Source of the DNA: Thermoplasmata archaeon
GTDB taxonomy: Archaea > Thermoplasmatota > Thermoplasmata > RBG-16-68-12
Reading direction: 5' to 3'
Length of the DNA stretch: 64,000 nucleotides
Assembly (NCBI GenBank): GCA_035636595.1
Contig: DASPYU010000009.1
Span: 31,705 to 95,704 of the forward strand
Shown here: piece by piece, positions 1-9,809 of the stretch
Position numbering within the stretch: position 1 is the first letter of the stretch
Layout of the letters: each line of letters begins with the position of its first letter
The notes under the pieces: model-generated
Seen by the model: only the letters and a program-made list of their open reading frames with translations
Databases searched by the model: none
Told to the model about the DNA's origin: nothing
Program-made: the position numbers and the translations under genes

Positions 1-234
1 GACATCAACCAGGAAGGCGAGATCACGGTCATCCACGCGAAGGCGCCCGTCGCGGAGATGTTCGGCTTCGCGTCCGCGATCCGCTCCGCGACCCAGGGCC
101 GCGCCCTTTGGTCCACCGAGAACAGCGGCTTCGAGGCGGTGCCGGGCAATCTGCAGTCCGAGGTCGTGCGATCGATTCGCACGCGAAAGGGCTTGCCGCC
201 AGAGCCGTACGACGAAGCGTACTACGCGGCGTGA
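1..234 (+). CDS. fusA: Translation elongation factor aEF-2, C-terminal fragment; 5' end lies outside the window
   Basis: Frame 1 translates to the conserved EF-2/EF-G C-terminus (..[37 protein letters not shown]..), ending at TGA 232-234. It sits upstream of EF-1alpha and S10, the usual archaeal arrangement. Confidence 0.85.
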   Translation, partial: DINQEGEITVIHAKAPVAEMFGFASAIRSATQGRALWSTENSGFEAVPGNLQSEVVRSIRTRKGLPPEPYDEAYYAA

Positions 235-284
235 ATGCAGAGGTCATAAACGCACGTCGGGCGTATGCGTTCCGAGCGTGGGCC

Positions 285-839
285 ATGACGACGGACCGAC
301 GATTCTCTCGTTTCAGTAAATCTCCCGCCACCGCGGCGTTCAGCATCACGGAGATCCCGGACGATGGCGTGTGTCTCTCCGCATTCCTCATCGTGACCGA
401 GGCCCGCGATTCCAGAAAGGTCCTCATGGGCCACATGAATCCAAAGGCCCCATGGGACCACATCGGTGCCCTCGATCCGTCGCGCGTCGAGGCGCACTCC
501 CGCGGATGGATGCTGCCGTCTTCCCATCTCATCTTCCGCGAATCGCCGGACGATGCCGCCCGACGCATTGTCCGGGAGCAACTTGAGTTGCCCGACCTCG
601 CGCTCTCCGGTCCCACGGTGGTCTCGGAGGTCTACACGCCGAAACGGTTCCCGGGTACGGCGCACCACTGGGATCTCGAATTCTTGTTCCGCGGCCAGCT
701 TGCCGCCGCCGACGTTGGCCATCCTGCGGCGTGGAAGGAATTGGCGTTCGTCGACCTGCGCCGCACAAGCAAGTCGGAGATCGCGCGGTCCCACGAAGAC
801 GTCATCGAGTCGGCGGGCCTCCGCTTCGGCGGACAGTAA
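285..839 (+). CDS. Hypothetical protein, possibly NUDIX-like hydrolase
   Basis: This is the internal-ATG part of track ORF 108..839. It has a Nudix-box-like stretch (GHMNPKAPWDH..RESPDDAARRIVREQLELP), and the region upstream of the ATG at 285 is R/G-rich. Product assignment is weak. Confidence 0.4.
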   Translation: MTTDRRFSRFSKSPATAAFSITEIPDDGVCLSAFLIVTEARDSRKVLMGHMNPKAPWDHIGALDPSRVEAHSRGWMLPSSHLIFRESPDDAARRIVREQLELPDLALSGPTVVSEVYTPKRFPGTAHHWDLEFLFRGQLAAADVGHPAAWKELAFVDLRRTSKSEIARSHEDVIESAGLRFGGQ

Positions 840-944
840 GTCGGTTCCGTCCTCCATGCGCTCGTTTCCTATGGAGAAAATCGCCCGCGTGGGATAAGCA
901 TAAATATGACAGGATGATAGGGTGCGACCTACAGGGTAGAAACC

Positions 945-2216
945 ATGCCCGCGAAGCCGCACCTCAACCTCGTGTTCATCGGCCACGTCGACCACGGAAA
1001 GTCGACGACCGTCGGCCGGATCCTCTACGACACGGGGAACATCGACCCGCACGAACTCGAGAATCTCAAGAAGCTCGCCGAGCAAATGGGCAAGGCCACG
1101 TTCGAATTCGCCTTCGTCATGGACCAGGTCAAGGAGGAGCGGGAGCGCGGCCTCACGATCGACGTCGCGCACAAGCGCTTTGACACGGACAAGTACTACT
1201 TCACGATCATCGACGCCCCCGGCCACCGGGACTTCGTCAAGAACATGATCACGGGCACGTCCCAGGCGGACGCGGCGGTCCTCGTCGTCGGCGCGGCGGA
1301 AGGCGTCCAGACGCAGACGAAGGAGCACATCTTCCTGGCCCGCACCCTCGGCGTGGAGCAGCTCATCGTCGCGATTAACAAGATGGACGCGACGAAACCG
1401 CCCTTCGCGGAGGCGCGGTACACTGAGCTGAAGACCGAGCTTTCGACCCTGCTCAAGGGCGTCGGTTACAAGGTGGACCGGATCCCGTTCATCCCGATCA
1501 GCTCGTACAAGGGCGAGAACATCACGAAGCCGAGCACGAAGATGGCGTGGTACAAGGGATCGGCCCTCGTGCCGGCGCTGAACGACCTCACGGTCCCGCC
1601 GAAGCCGACGAACCTCGCGCTCCGGCTGCCGGTCCAAGACGTGTACTCGATCACGGGAGCCGGCACCGTCCCGGTCGGCCGCGTCGAGACGGGCGTCCTA
1701 AAGGTTGGCATGAAGATCCACTTCATGCCCTCGGACAAGGTCGGCGAAGTGAAGTCGATCGAGATGCACCACGAGCAGATCCCCCAGGCGGAACCGGGGG
1801 ACAACGTCGGTTTCAACGTCCGAGGCATCGACAAGAAGGACCTCCGGCGCGGCGACGTCGCGGGTCCGACGGACCACCCGCCGACCGTCGCGAAGTCCTT
1901 CACCGCACAGATCGTCGTGCTGAATCATCCGAGCGTCATCACGGCCGGGTACACCCCGGTCTTCCACGCCCACACGGCCCAGGTCGCGTGCACCTTCGAG
2001 GAGATCATCGCGGCCCTCGACCCGAAGACGGGCGCGCCGAAGCCCGAGAAGCCCGACTTCCTCAAGACCGGCGACGCGGCCCGCGTGAAGATCCGGCCGA
2101 CGAAGCCCCTCGTCATCGAGGCCTTCAAGGCCTTCCCGCAGATGGGGCGTTTCGCCATCCGGGACATGGGGCAGACCGTCGCCGCGGGTCAGGTCATCGA
2201 CGTCGAGAAGCGGTGA
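945..2216 (+). CDS. tuf: Translation elongation factor aEF-1alpha (EF-Tu family GTPase)
   Basis: 423 aa with G1 [17 protein letters not shown] and NKMD motifs. Full-length match to EF-1alpha/EF-Tu. Confidence 0.95.
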   Translation: MPAKPHLNLVFIGHVDHGKSTTVGRILYDTGNIDPHELENLKKLAEQMGKATFEFAFVMDQVKEERERGLTIDVAHKRFDTDKYYFTIIDAPGHRDFVKNMITGTSQADAAVLVVGAAEGVQTQTKEHIFLARTLGVEQLIVAINKMDATKPPFAEARYTELKTELSTLLKGVGYKVDRIPFIPISSYKGENITKPSTKMAWYKGSALVPALNDLTVPPKPTNLALRLPVQDVYSITGAGTVPVGRVETGVLKVGMKIHFMPSDKVGEVKSIEMHHEQIPQAEPGDNVGFNVRGIDKKDLRRGDVAGPTDHPPTVAKSFTAQIVVLNHPSVITAGYTPVFHAHTAQVACTFEEIIAALDPKTGAPKPEKPDFLKTGDAARVKIRPTKPLVIEAFKAFPQMGRFAIRDMGQTVAAGQVIDVEKR

Positions 2217-2250
2217 CCTCCATTCCGCCTTCCCGTCCCTAGGTTGCACC

Positions 2251-2562
2251 ATGGCCCAGAAGGCGCGGATCTCGCTCAGCGGGACGGACCCGAAGAAAGT
2301 CGACAACGTGTGCCAGCAGATCAAGCTGATCAGCGAGCGCACCGGCGTCGCGATGTCCGGCCCGATCCCGTTGCCGACGAAGCGCCTCGTCGTCCCGGTC
2401 CGCAAGTCCCCCGACGGCGAGGGCAGCGAGACCTGGGACCGCTGGGAGATGCGGATTCACAAGCGGCTCATCGACCTCGACGCGGACGAGCGCGCGCTCC
2501 GGCAGCTCATGCGCATCCAGGTGCCGGACGGCGTGAACATCGAGATCGTGCTCCGATCGTAA
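2251..2562 (+). CDS. rps10: 30S ribosomal protein S10
   Basis: 103 aa ([31 protein letters not shown]..) matching uS10, 34 nt downstream of EF-1alpha. Confidence 0.95.
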   Translation: MAQKARISLSGTDPKKVDNVCQQIKLISERTGVAMSGPIPLPTKRLVVPVRKSPDGEGSETWDRWEMRIHKRLIDLDADERALRQLMRIQVPDGVNIEIVLRS

Positions 2563-2568
2563 GGGTCC

Positions 2569-3114
2569 TCACCGCGCTTGCATGTACGTTCGCGCGAGCG
2601 CGAGCAACGCCACGATGTCCACGAGGAAGAGGCCGAATCCCGCGGCGATCGTCGCCGTCGGAATCGTCACCGCGACGATCAGCACGATCGGCCCGAAGCC
2701 CGTGACGGATGCGAAGGCCACGGGCCACGCCCACACCCGGCGTCCGAGGAACCCGATGCCGGTCGCGAACGCGACGAGCGCGGCGTAGCCGCTCAGGAAC
2801 GCGTGGCCGAGTTCGTCGAACCGCGCCCACAGGATGGCGGCGAGGACCGAGATGATCCACAGACCAGCGGGTGCCATCGCGGGCCACGGCCGCGAGTCCG
2901 CCGCGATGCTCACGAGGCACAGGATCACCGCCACGACGCCGGCGATCGCGACGACCCACCACGGAGCTACGGTGACCTTGCCGTACGCGATCCCCGCCGC
3001 GAGGAGGACGATGCCTCCGGCCACGAGGCTCAAGCCGACGAACCATCGCAGCGCCCTCTCCGTGCGCGGGGTCACTTCATCCCCATCCGCATGGGACAGA
3101 AAAGCATTCGCCAT
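2569..3114 (-). CDS. Hypothetical integral membrane protein (5-6 predicted TM helices)
   Basis: 181-aa ORF with several hydrophobic helices. I do not recognise a family. Confidence 0.45.
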   Translation of the reverse strand: MANAFLSHADGDEVTPRTERALRWFVGLSLVAGGIVLLAAGIAYGKVTVAPWWVVAIAGVVAVILCLVSIAADSRPWPAMAPAGLWIISVLAAILWARFDELGHAFLSGYAALVAFATGIGFLGRRVWAWPVAFASVTGFGPIVLIVAVTIPTATIAAGFGLFLVDIVALLALARTYMQAR

Positions 3115-3134
3115 CCCGAGGGAGACGGCGGCTC

Positions 3135-4748
3135 TCAGCTGGGTCCCGACTTCCTGCGACGCCGGATCGCCAGGTACGCGGAGCCCACCGCGATTGCGCC
3201 GAGGATGAGGATCAGGATCCAGAAGTCCGTCGCGGGCGCTCCTTGGGGCGAAGGCGCGCTGCCGCCGTAGATGAACGGCACGCTGGCTTCCGCCACATTG
3301 CCCGCTTTGTCCGTCGCCCGGACGGTCACGAAGTGCGGCCCGATTGAGGGCGATGCGACCGTGTACGTCGTCGCGCCCGTCGCCACGACGGGAGGCCCGC
3401 CATCGATTTGGACCTCGACGCGGTCGAGCCCCGAGCCGCTATCGGAAGCGGTCCAGTCCACGGTCAGAGTCCCGTAGACCGTGGAGCCACTCGCCGGATT
3501 CTGCAATCCGACGGAAGGCCGCGTCGCATCGACGGTCACGGAGATCGTCGTCTGAGCGGTGTTACCCGCGCGATCGAACGCATTGATCACGACGGTCCGC
3601 GCGCCTTCGGCGACGTTCGGGAACGCGTAACCCGCTGCCTCATTGACCCGCACCGGGGTCGCGCCGTCGAGCGAGAGTTCGTAGTGATCGATGCCGGAGA
3701 CGGCATCGGAGCCGAGCCACAACAGCTGGAGCTGCTTCGTGTTCACGTACGGACCCTTCGGCGCGACCACGTTCAGGACCGGAGGCGTCGTGTCGACGCC
3801 GAACCCCAGGGTCTGCGACGCGAAGTTCCCCGCACCGTCGGTCGCGAGCAGGTTGATGACGTGGGCCCTTTCGTCGAGGTTCGTGAGCGCATAGGAGGTC
3901 GCTCCCGCCGCAAGGTCGACGGGAGAACTCGAATCGACGGTGAGGCGGAGCGAAGCGATCCCCGCTCCCAAGTCTTGAGCGGTCCACCGCACGTCGACGT
4001 CGTTCGTGCTCACGAAGGCGCCTCGCTGCGGCGACGTGATGTCGAGGGCCGGGGCGTTCGAGTCGTAGTGGAACGGGATCACGAGCTGCGCCGCGTTGCC
4101 CGCGCGGTCCGTCGCCGTGACCATGGCCGTGTGGTCCCCTTGGGTCGTCAAGGCCAGGTCCGTCTGTCCGCTCGCGTCCGTGAAGGCCATCGGCGCCGCG
4201 CCGTCGAGCGAGACATTGATCGCGTCGACGCCGGAGACCGCGTCCTGCGCGACCCACTTCAGGACCTTGCGGCTCGTCCACTCGCCGGGGACCGGCGTCG
4301 CGACGAAGAGGTCCGGCGGGCGCGTGTCGAGGGTCGTGGCCGCCTTGACGCGGTCCGGGCCCGGCTCCCGCCAGTGGCCGCGGTCCACCGCGACCGTCGA
4401 GAACGCATACACGTCCTCGCCGCCTGTGTAGTACGTGTCGAAGGGGATCGTGCCGTTGAGCTCGTCCGTGCCGAAGCCGCGTTGGCCGTACCACTCGCCG
4501 CTCGGATTCCAAGGGGGCGCGTAGAGGGTCCAGTTCGGCGAGCGCGTGCTCCGGTAGTAGAGCTCGGTCCAGAAGACGCCGCTGTTCCCTGCGCTCCCGT
4601 TGGCGGTGAAGTTGAGGGAGACGACCTGCTGGTTCGTGTACTCTCGGAGGGGCGCCAGGTCCGACTCCGGGAGGCGGTCCGCGCCGACGGTGGTCAACGG
4701 AGACGATACCGGAAAGAGTCCCACGCTCGGAAGATACGCGGCCAACAC
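3135..4748 (-). CDS. Cell-surface protein with tandem Ig-like/PKD-like beta domains and a C-terminal TM anchor
   Basis: 537 aa with an N-terminal hydrophobic signal, repeated ~90-aa T/S/V-rich beta-domain segments, and a C-terminus [25 protein letters not shown] (TM helix plus basic tail, typical archaeal surface anchor). Confidence 0.6.
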   Translation of the reverse strand: MLAAYLPSVGLFPVSSPLTTVGADRLPESDLAPLREYTNQQVVSLNFTANGSAGNSGVFWTELYYRSTRSPNWTLYAPPWNPSGEWYGQRGFGTDELNGTIPFDTYYTGGEDVYAFSTVAVDRGHWREPGPDRVKAATTLDTRPPDLFVATPVPGEWTSRKVLKWVAQDAVSGVDAINVSLDGAAPMAFTDASGQTDLALTTQGDHTAMVTATDRAGNAAQLVIPFHYDSNAPALDITSPQRGAFVSTNDVDVRWTAQDLGAGIASLRLTVDSSSPVDLAAGATSYALTNLDERAHVINLLATDGAGNFASQTLGFGVDTTPPVLNVVAPKGPYVNTKQLQLLWLGSDAVSGIDHYELSLDGATPVRVNEAAGYAFPNVAEGARTVVINAFDRAGNTAQTTISVTVDATRPSVGLQNPASGSTVYGTLTVDWTASDSGSGLDRVEVQIDGGPPVVATGATTYTVASPSIGPHFVTVRATDKAGNVAEASVPFIYGGSAPSPQGAPATDFWILILILGAIAVGSAYLAIRRRRKSGPS

Positions 4749-4999
4749 CAGGCCGGCGACTAGAATGGCGGCGAGTGTCGCGACCCTCCTCGACGCGATG
4801 GAACCCCTCGCGCGGCACCATGCCGGGATGGTACATAGCCCTTCCGTCGCGAGGCAGCATCGGGAGGCGGAGGACCATATGTCGGGATGAATAAAAAGGT
4901 TCGATGAACCATTTCACGGTTCGAGGGGACCCGCCTCCACTCCCATCATCGAGGGCCACGCGGAAAGCTTCATCTCTCCCGCGGCGCTGTGCGCGCGTC

Positions 5000-5071
5000 G
5001 GGCCGGTAGATCAGCGGAAGATCGCCTGCTTTGCAAGCAGGAAGTCCTGGGTTCAAATCCCAGCCGGTCCA
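5000..5071 (+). tRNA. tRNA-Ala (anticodon UGC)
   Basis: 72-nt cloverleaf: acceptor GGGCCGG/CCGGTCC with the G3:U70 alanine identity pair, anticodon stem CCTGC/GCAGG with loop TTTGCAA, T-loop TTCAAAT. CCA is not encoded. A T-rich stretch follows at ~5080-5090. Confidence 0.85.
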
Positions 5072-5260
5072 CTCCAGTTCCATACCTGCCGAGGTTCAAA
5101 TCTACTTTTAGGACCGTCCCGGACTTAGTTTTGGGATCGTCTGCTTGGCCCTGCGCGAGCCATGGAACCGGGCTCCTGTCAGGCACGGAGTGGGTTCAGC
5201 GGGAACGAGGGCGGACCACATCATAATCCGAACAGAAGGGGGCGTCCGGCGCCGCGACCT

Positions 5261-5752
5261 TTAGTCAGAAGTCCGAGAGCTTTCATTCTCGAACTTCACT
5301 GACGAGAGGATCTTGAGAACGGTGGTGAGCTCTGAGGCACCAATGGGAGTAGACGCGTCTCTCGTGGGTAGAGTATAGGTCACAATCAGAGCGATTGCTC
5401 CGCCAACGAGGTACCAGCTGTGAACGGTCGTCAAGTCATCCGTAGGTGTCAACTTGCCCGTGCTCATCGCGTAAACTGCAACTCTCCCACCCAACTGGAC
5501 GCGCTCCGACCCAGCCGTTTTCTTCAAGACGTCATCCAGCAGGCCAACGGCCGGAGCTGGGGACCCTCGCGCGTCCTTGAACTTGTATCCTCGCAGCCGC
5601 AGGTTGCCCAATCCGCCCGCCGTATTCCAGAATTGTGGAACGCCGTCCTCGTCGGGCTCTTGCTTCCAATCCTCGGGATATTCGACCGCGTACCAATTAT
5701 CCGGCGCCAGATAACGCTTCAAGGTCAACGCACGGATATCTCCGAAGCTCAC
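5261..5752 (-). CDS. Hypothetical protein (GTG start) inside a lower-GC, direct-repeat-flanked segment
   Basis: 163-aa ORF with no recognisable family. Local GC is visibly lower than the surroundings (~52% against ~65%). Confidence 0.4.
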   Translation of the reverse strand: MSFGDIRALTLKRYLAPDNWYAVEYPEDWKQEPDEDGVPQFWNTAGGLGNLRLRGYKFKDARGSPAPAVGLLDDVLKKTAGSERVQLGGRVAVYAMSTGKLTPTDDLTTVHSWYLVGGAIALIVTYTLPTRDASTPIGASELTTVLKILSSVKFENESSRTSD

Positions 5753-6100
5753 AAAAATGTAAGGCGCCCGCCCTTCAAGGGCGGGCTTGGCGGGGAACGG
5801 GGGCTACGACAACAGAATCCGAACAGAGGGGGCTTCCGTCGCTAGGGGTCTGAACCTCAACAAGTACAAGCCCCAGCCTGTCCACTCTGCCGACGCACCG
5901 CGGAGTCGTCTAGCGGCGACGATGCTTGATCCGATGCGAGGGGCCCTTGGCCTTGCCGCGGCGGGCACGACGTCGCGCGGCCCGCGTCATCCGGATTTCC
6001 TTGCGCGCCACGCGCGCGGGAGGATTCAACCGCTATTTGAACCAAAGCCTGTCAGAGACAAACGAAAAATGTGAAAGGGGCCCGCGGACCGCAGGCCGTT

Positions 6101-6622
6101 TCATCCGACCGTGACATGGCCCAGGACCGGCGTGAAGGTCCAGCCGGAGGCCGTCATCACGATGGACCTCGACAAGTCGATGTCGACGGTCAGGGTCGTC
6201 GTGCTGCCGGAACGAATCTCGAAGGGCGTCGTCGTCTTCAGCTCGCCGGACGGGACCGTGAACACGACGTTCGTGCCGTTCGTCAGGGTTCCCGTCGCGG
6301 ACGCGACGACGATCCGGATCTGCGTGTACTTCCCCGGGCCGAACCGCGCGCTCGCGAGCAGCTCGGAGACGTTCACGAAGGACGCGAGATCGATCGTCGT
6401 CCGGGCGAGCGAGACGTTGTGCCACCCGGAATCGTTCCCGGCCCCGGCCTCGTGGATCCACACGTCCGTGAACGCGATGTTCACGTGGGACCACGCGCCG
6501 GGCGCATCCTGGACGCGGACGTCCATGGCGCCCTCGTACAGGTACACGTACGCCGCGAACCCGCCGAGGACGACGAGGGCCGCCAGGACCAGTGCGAGGA
6601 TTGCGCGTCGCATTCCCTTCAT
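6101..6622 (-). CDS. Hypothetical secreted or membrane-anchored protein
   Basis: 173 aa with an N-terminal signal/TM segment (MKGMRRAILALVLAALVVLGGFAAYVYL) and a T/S-rich beta-type domain carrying NxS/T sequons. Confidence 0.5.
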   Translation of the reverse strand: MKGMRRAILALVLAALVVLGGFAAYVYLYEGAMDVRVQDAPGAWSHVNIAFTDVWIHEAGAGNDSGWHNVSLARTTIDLASFVNVSELLASARFGPGKYTQIRIVVASATGTLTNGTNVVFTVPSGELKTTTPFEIRSGSTTTLTVDIDLSRSIVMTASGWTFTPVLGHVTVG

Positions 6623-6707
6623 CCTCCGGCATTCGGCTGGTCGCGCGAGGTCAATAAGGCTTGTTGGACGGACGTCGAAACGACGCCGGATGGAATCAGA
6701 ATCGATA

Positions 6708-7406
6708 TCATACGCCCGAATAGAGGCGGTCCGCGAGCTCCGTTGGGAGTCCTCCCTTCCGGATCTCCGAGGCCACGGAATCGATGTCGTACGAGACGCG
6801 CCGCACGTCGAACGTTCGGCGGGCGAGGTCGAGCACGCCCCATGCGGCGCGCGGATCCCCGTCCCGGGGCTGTCCGACGCTTCCCGGATTCACCAGGATG
6901 CCGGACCGAAATCGGAGGACCATCGGCAGGTGCGTGTGGCCCAGGATCACGAACGGCGCGGCGGCCATCCGGACCATCGCCTCGTCGGCGGTCCACAGAA
7001 AGACGTACTCGTCGTCGTTCCGCGGGCTGCCGTGGTACATGGCGACGGGGCCCTCGGGCATCGGGACGCGGATGCGGTCCTCCAGGTCCTTGAGGTATCC
7101 GACGGAGGCGGGCGTCATGTGGATCCTCGTCCAACGGATGGCCTCGGCGGCCAGCTCGTTGAACCACGACGTGTCCCCGCCGAGCACGCCCCGGTCGTGG
7201 TTGCCGCGGATCGCGCGCACCCCCCGCGCGTGCAGCAAGTCTAGGACCTCGTTCGGCCACGGATTGTAGCCGACCAAGTCGCCAGCGACCCAGATCCCGT
7301 CCGCGCCCGTGCGGTCCACGTCCGCGAGGACGGCCTGAAGGGCCGGGAGATTGGAGTGAACGTCCGAGAGGACCGCGAGGCGCAACGGCCGGCCGAAGGC
7401 CCTCAC
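6708..7406 (-). CDS. Metallophosphoesterase (calcineurin-like, YfcE/MJ0936-type)
   Basis: LSDVHSN..GDLVGY..GNHD.. metal-binding motifs in a 232-aa protein. Confidence 0.8.
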   Translation of the reverse strand: MRAFGRPLRLAVLSDVHSNLPALQAVLADVDRTGADGIWVAGDLVGYNPWPNEVLDLLHARGVRAIRGNHDRGVLGGDTSWFNELAAEAIRWTRIHMTPASVGYLKDLEDRIRVPMPEGPVAMYHGSPRNDDEYVFLWTADEAMVRMAAAPFVILGHTHLPMVLRFRSGILVNPGSVGQPRDGDPRAAWGVLDLARRTFDVRRVSYDIDSVASEIRKGGLPTELADRLYSGV

Positions 7407-7450
7407 CCTATTTCAGGCCGTCCGGAGCATTAGCCCACACTCTCCGGAGG

Positions 7451-7470
7451 TTAACCTTGTTTAAGGTTAA
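7451..7470. promoter_or_regulatory. Palindromic motif TTAACCT-N6-AGGTTAA in a divergent promoter region
   Basis: Perfect 7-bp inverted arms with an A/T-rich 6-bp spacer, lying between the divergent genes at 7406(-) and 7650(+). The same motif recurs at 47502..47521. Confidence 0.45.
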
Positions 7471-7649
7471 CATCGCGAGGCGCCCGGGTTCGGCCGTATG
7501 GTCCCCCCGAAGTCGCCCACACCAATTTCGGCCGATGGCCCCCGCTTCGCGTCAATCTGCAGGAACCAACTCGAATGCACATCTTTAATAGCCATAGGCC
7601 CCGTAGGCCGGCCATCCGAGCCCTGAAGGGATCGGATAGTAGGTAGTGA

Positions 7650-7835
7650 ATGGACGAAGACAGAGGCGGAAGACGAGGCGGAGGCGGCGGCGGTTACGAC
7701 CGAGGCCCGCGTACAATGTACGACGCGGTGTGCTCGGACTGCGGCCAAGCCACCCAGGTCCCGTTCAAACCGGACCCGGCCCGACCCGTCTACTGCCGAG
7801 ATTGTTTCGCAAAGCGCCGGCCGCGACGGTTCTAA
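7650..7835 (+). CDS. Small zinc-ribbon protein with a Gly/Arg-rich N-terminus
   Basis: 61 aa: N-terminal RGG-like stretch, then CSDCG..x16..YCRDCF (CxxC..CxxC zinc ribbon). Confidence 0.5.
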   Translation: MDEDRGGRRGGGGGGYDRGPRTMYDAVCSDCGQATQVPFKPDPARPVYCRDCFAKRRPRRF

Positions 7836-8052
7836 ATCGATAACGGCAGCGTTCGAACCTTTTTCGTTCGAGCTCCCAACCCGCCGTGCGGCTGGCGCGG
7901 AGCTCGTTTTTCCTTATCCCGATTTGAGCAGGCGATCGCCTCAAGGCCAGGGTCCTCGCGGCGACGTTCCTCGCCGTAGTTGGACCGCCTCGCTAGATCG
8001 TGCCGGGCGATCGCGTAGCCACCGCCGGCCGATGGCAAGTCCTCGATGGGGG

Positions 8053-8229
8053 TCAGGGGCGCCGAATGGGCTTGTCCACGTAGCATCGCGCCGGATCGCC
8101 CCAGATGTACACCCGCTGGGCCCGATGCGCGCCCGTCCCTGTGATGACGAATACGCGGCCGACCTTCCGACCGACCGCGGCCAGCTTCTCCCCGGCGACG
8201 CACTCGCCGACCCCTCGAAGTTCAGCCAA
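8053..8229 (-). CDS. Hypothetical small protein immediately downstream of the RHH regulator
   Basis: ~58 aa from a TTG that overlaps the stop of the upstream regulator. No recognisable family. Confidence 0.25.
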   Translation of the reverse strand: MAELRGVGECVAGEKLAAVGRKVGRVFVITGTGAHRAQRVYIWGDPARCYVDKPIRRP

Positions 8230-8557
8230 CGACTTTCCCCTCCTTCGCCAGGGATCCCGCGATGCGGAACGCGAGGTCCAGGTCCATCCCAAGCGCTTCC
8301 GCGATATCCGTCACGTAGGTCGCGGGCCGCCCTTTCAGGTACCGCAGGACGGCGGCTCGGGCCTTCGCCTCGGTCCACTCCTTCACGACGACGATACGAG
8401 CTTCCCGGAGCTCGTCCACGTAGCTCTCCACGGCCCGCTCCACAAATTCGGTCCGCGAGCGCATTCGCGTGCGCCGAACAAGCGCATCGATCTCCTCGAG
8501 CATCTTTCGAGGCAGCCGCAGGGAAATCGTGGGTTTGCGGTTGGGTGAGGATTGCAT
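8222..8557 (-). CDS. Transcriptional regulator: ribbon-helix-helix (CopG family) N-terminus plus C-terminal winged-helix-like domain
   Basis: Start taken at the internal ATG of track ORF 8222..8671. RHH signature ISLRLPRKMLEEIDALV..RSRTEFVERAV, C-terminal part HTH-like. Tandem 9-mers overlap the start. Confidence 0.6.
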   Translation of the reverse strand: MQSSPNRKPTISLRLPRKMLEEIDALVRRTRMRSRTEFVERAVESYVDELREARIVVVKEWTEAKARAAVLRYLKGRPATYVTDIAEALGMDLDLAFRIAGSLAKEGKVVG

Positions 8558-8576
8558 GCATTGCACGCATTGCACT
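8551..8576. promoter_or_regulatory. Tandem 9-mer direct repeat (GTGCAATGC on the gene strand, ~2.8 copies) overlapping the RHH regulator start codon
   Basis: Plus strand reads ATTGCAT GCATTGCAC GCATTGCAC. RHH proteins typically bind short direct repeats, so this is a candidate autoregulatory operator. Confidence 0.4.
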
Positions 8577-8726
8577 CCCTCTACATGAAGACACGCCCTA
8601 CCGGTACGATACCCGCTTCTCCTGGGTGGATGGTCGGCCCTTTCCTCGGTTCGTTTCGCGCGGTGACGCACGGCGAGCGATGCGGGCGGTCAATCCTTAT
8701 CGTAGTCGCCTGTCTATCCGGACTCC

Positions 8727-9458
8727 GTGGACCGGATCGAAGTCGCCAAGGGCATCGAGGCGACTCGGGACTTCGCGCTCTTCCTCCGGGATGAACGAGC
8801 GCTCGTGATCTCTGACCTTCATCTCGGCTTCGAGGGCGCTCTCGCGGAGCAGGGCGTCTCAATCCCGCGATTCCAGCGGCGCGTGATCCTCGAGCGGCTG
8901 GGGAAGATGCTCGACCGCGTCAAGGCGGAGCAGGTCGTCATCGCCGGCGACTTCAAGCACGAATTCTCGAAGAACCTCGTCGACGAGTGGGTCGAAGTCA
9001 AGCAGGTGTTGCGGTTTCTGAAAGAACGCGTTACCCCGGTCCTCGTCCGGGGGAACCACGACAACTACCTCGCGACGATCCTCGGGGACCTTGGACTCAC
9101 GCTGCACGAACGTGCAGACATCGGCAACATGACCATCGTCCACGGCCATGAGGAAGTCTCGACGCTTCACCCGATCGTCATGGGCCACGAGCATCCCGCG
9201 GTCAAGTTGAAAGACGAACTCGGCGCGGTCGTGAGCGTGCCCGCCTTCCTCGTCATGGAGTCGCTGATCGTCCTCCCCGCGTTCAGTCCGCTCGCCCTCG
9301 GCGTCGATGTCTCCGCATACCCGTACCTCTCGCCCATCCTGAACCGCACGCTGATCGATGAGGCGCGCGTGATCGGCGTCGACGAGAAGGAAGGCCTCCT
9401 CGACTTCGGCCGCGTCGCGGGCCTGAAGTCAATCCGCGCGGCGCTCTTGATGAAGTGA
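8727..9458 (+). CDS. Metallophosphoesterase (ICC/SbcD-like phosphoesterase family)
   Basis: VISDLHLG..IAGDFKHEF..VRGNHDN..VHGHEE metal-ligand motifs in a 243-aa protein. Confidence 0.75.
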   Translation: MDRIEVAKGIEATRDFALFLRDERALVISDLHLGFEGALAEQGVSIPRFQRRVILERLGKMLDRVKAEQVVIAGDFKHEFSKNLVDEWVEVKQVLRFLKERVTPVLVRGNHDNYLATILGDLGLTLHERADIGNMTIVHGHEEVSTLHPIVMGHEHPAVKLKDELGAVVSVPAFLVMESLIVLPAFSPLALGVDVSAYPYLSPILNRTLIDEARVIGVDEKEGLLDFGRVAGLKSIRAALLMK

Positions 9459-9725
9459 GGGTTCGGTCTCCGCGGTCTTCGCCGCAGACGGGGGCGCCGG
9501 ACTCTCGGCGGCCCGAGCCCCAATGACGGCAGCGAATCCAAAGATCCAGATGATGATGGCGAAGAAGAACGTAAGCGCCGAATATTGCGCGTCGCTAGGC
9601 GCCGTGCCGAACAGCATCACGATCACGCCGAGAAGGCCCAGCATCAGACCGACGTGACCGAGGGCAGTCGACTCGGACATGCGGTACTCCCTCCCGATTG
9701 GCCGTGCCATCGTCGGCCGGACCAC
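9429..9725 (-). CDS. Small hypothetical membrane protein
   Basis: Two hydrophobic helices (LGHVGLMLGLLGVIVMLFG.., FFFAIIIWIFGFAAVIGA). The start may instead be the internal Met at ~9680. Confidence 0.35.
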   Translation of the reverse strand: MVRPTMARPIGREYRMSESTALGHVGLMLGLLGVIVMLFGTAPSDAQYSALTFFFAIIIWIFGFAAVIGARAAESPAPPSAAKTAETEPSLHQERRAD

Positions 9726-9809
9726 TGCCGAAACGCCGCCCCGCGGTCATAAGTCTATCGAGACCGCGCTTAGGTTTATCGGTACCTCGCCGCTCCCGGT
9801 CCAACTTCC

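Noticed and set aside
222-1637. 471-aa minus-strand ORF antisense to EF-1alpha
   Set aside because: Its R/D/L-rich low-complexity translation fully overlaps a highly conserved gene on the other strand. It is a typical GC-rich frame artefact.
3408-4959. 451-aa and 439-aa ORFs antisense to or overlapping the surface-protein gene 3135..4748
   Set aside because: They have an Arg/Gly/Asp-rich composition and no domain signal. The minus-strand Ig-like surface protein is the convincing coding frame.
8551-8576. Possible CRISPR-like repeat
   Set aside because: It has only ~2.8 copies of a 9-mer with no spacers. That is far too short for a CRISPR array and better explained as an operator. No CRISPR arrays or cas genes were seen anywhere in the window.
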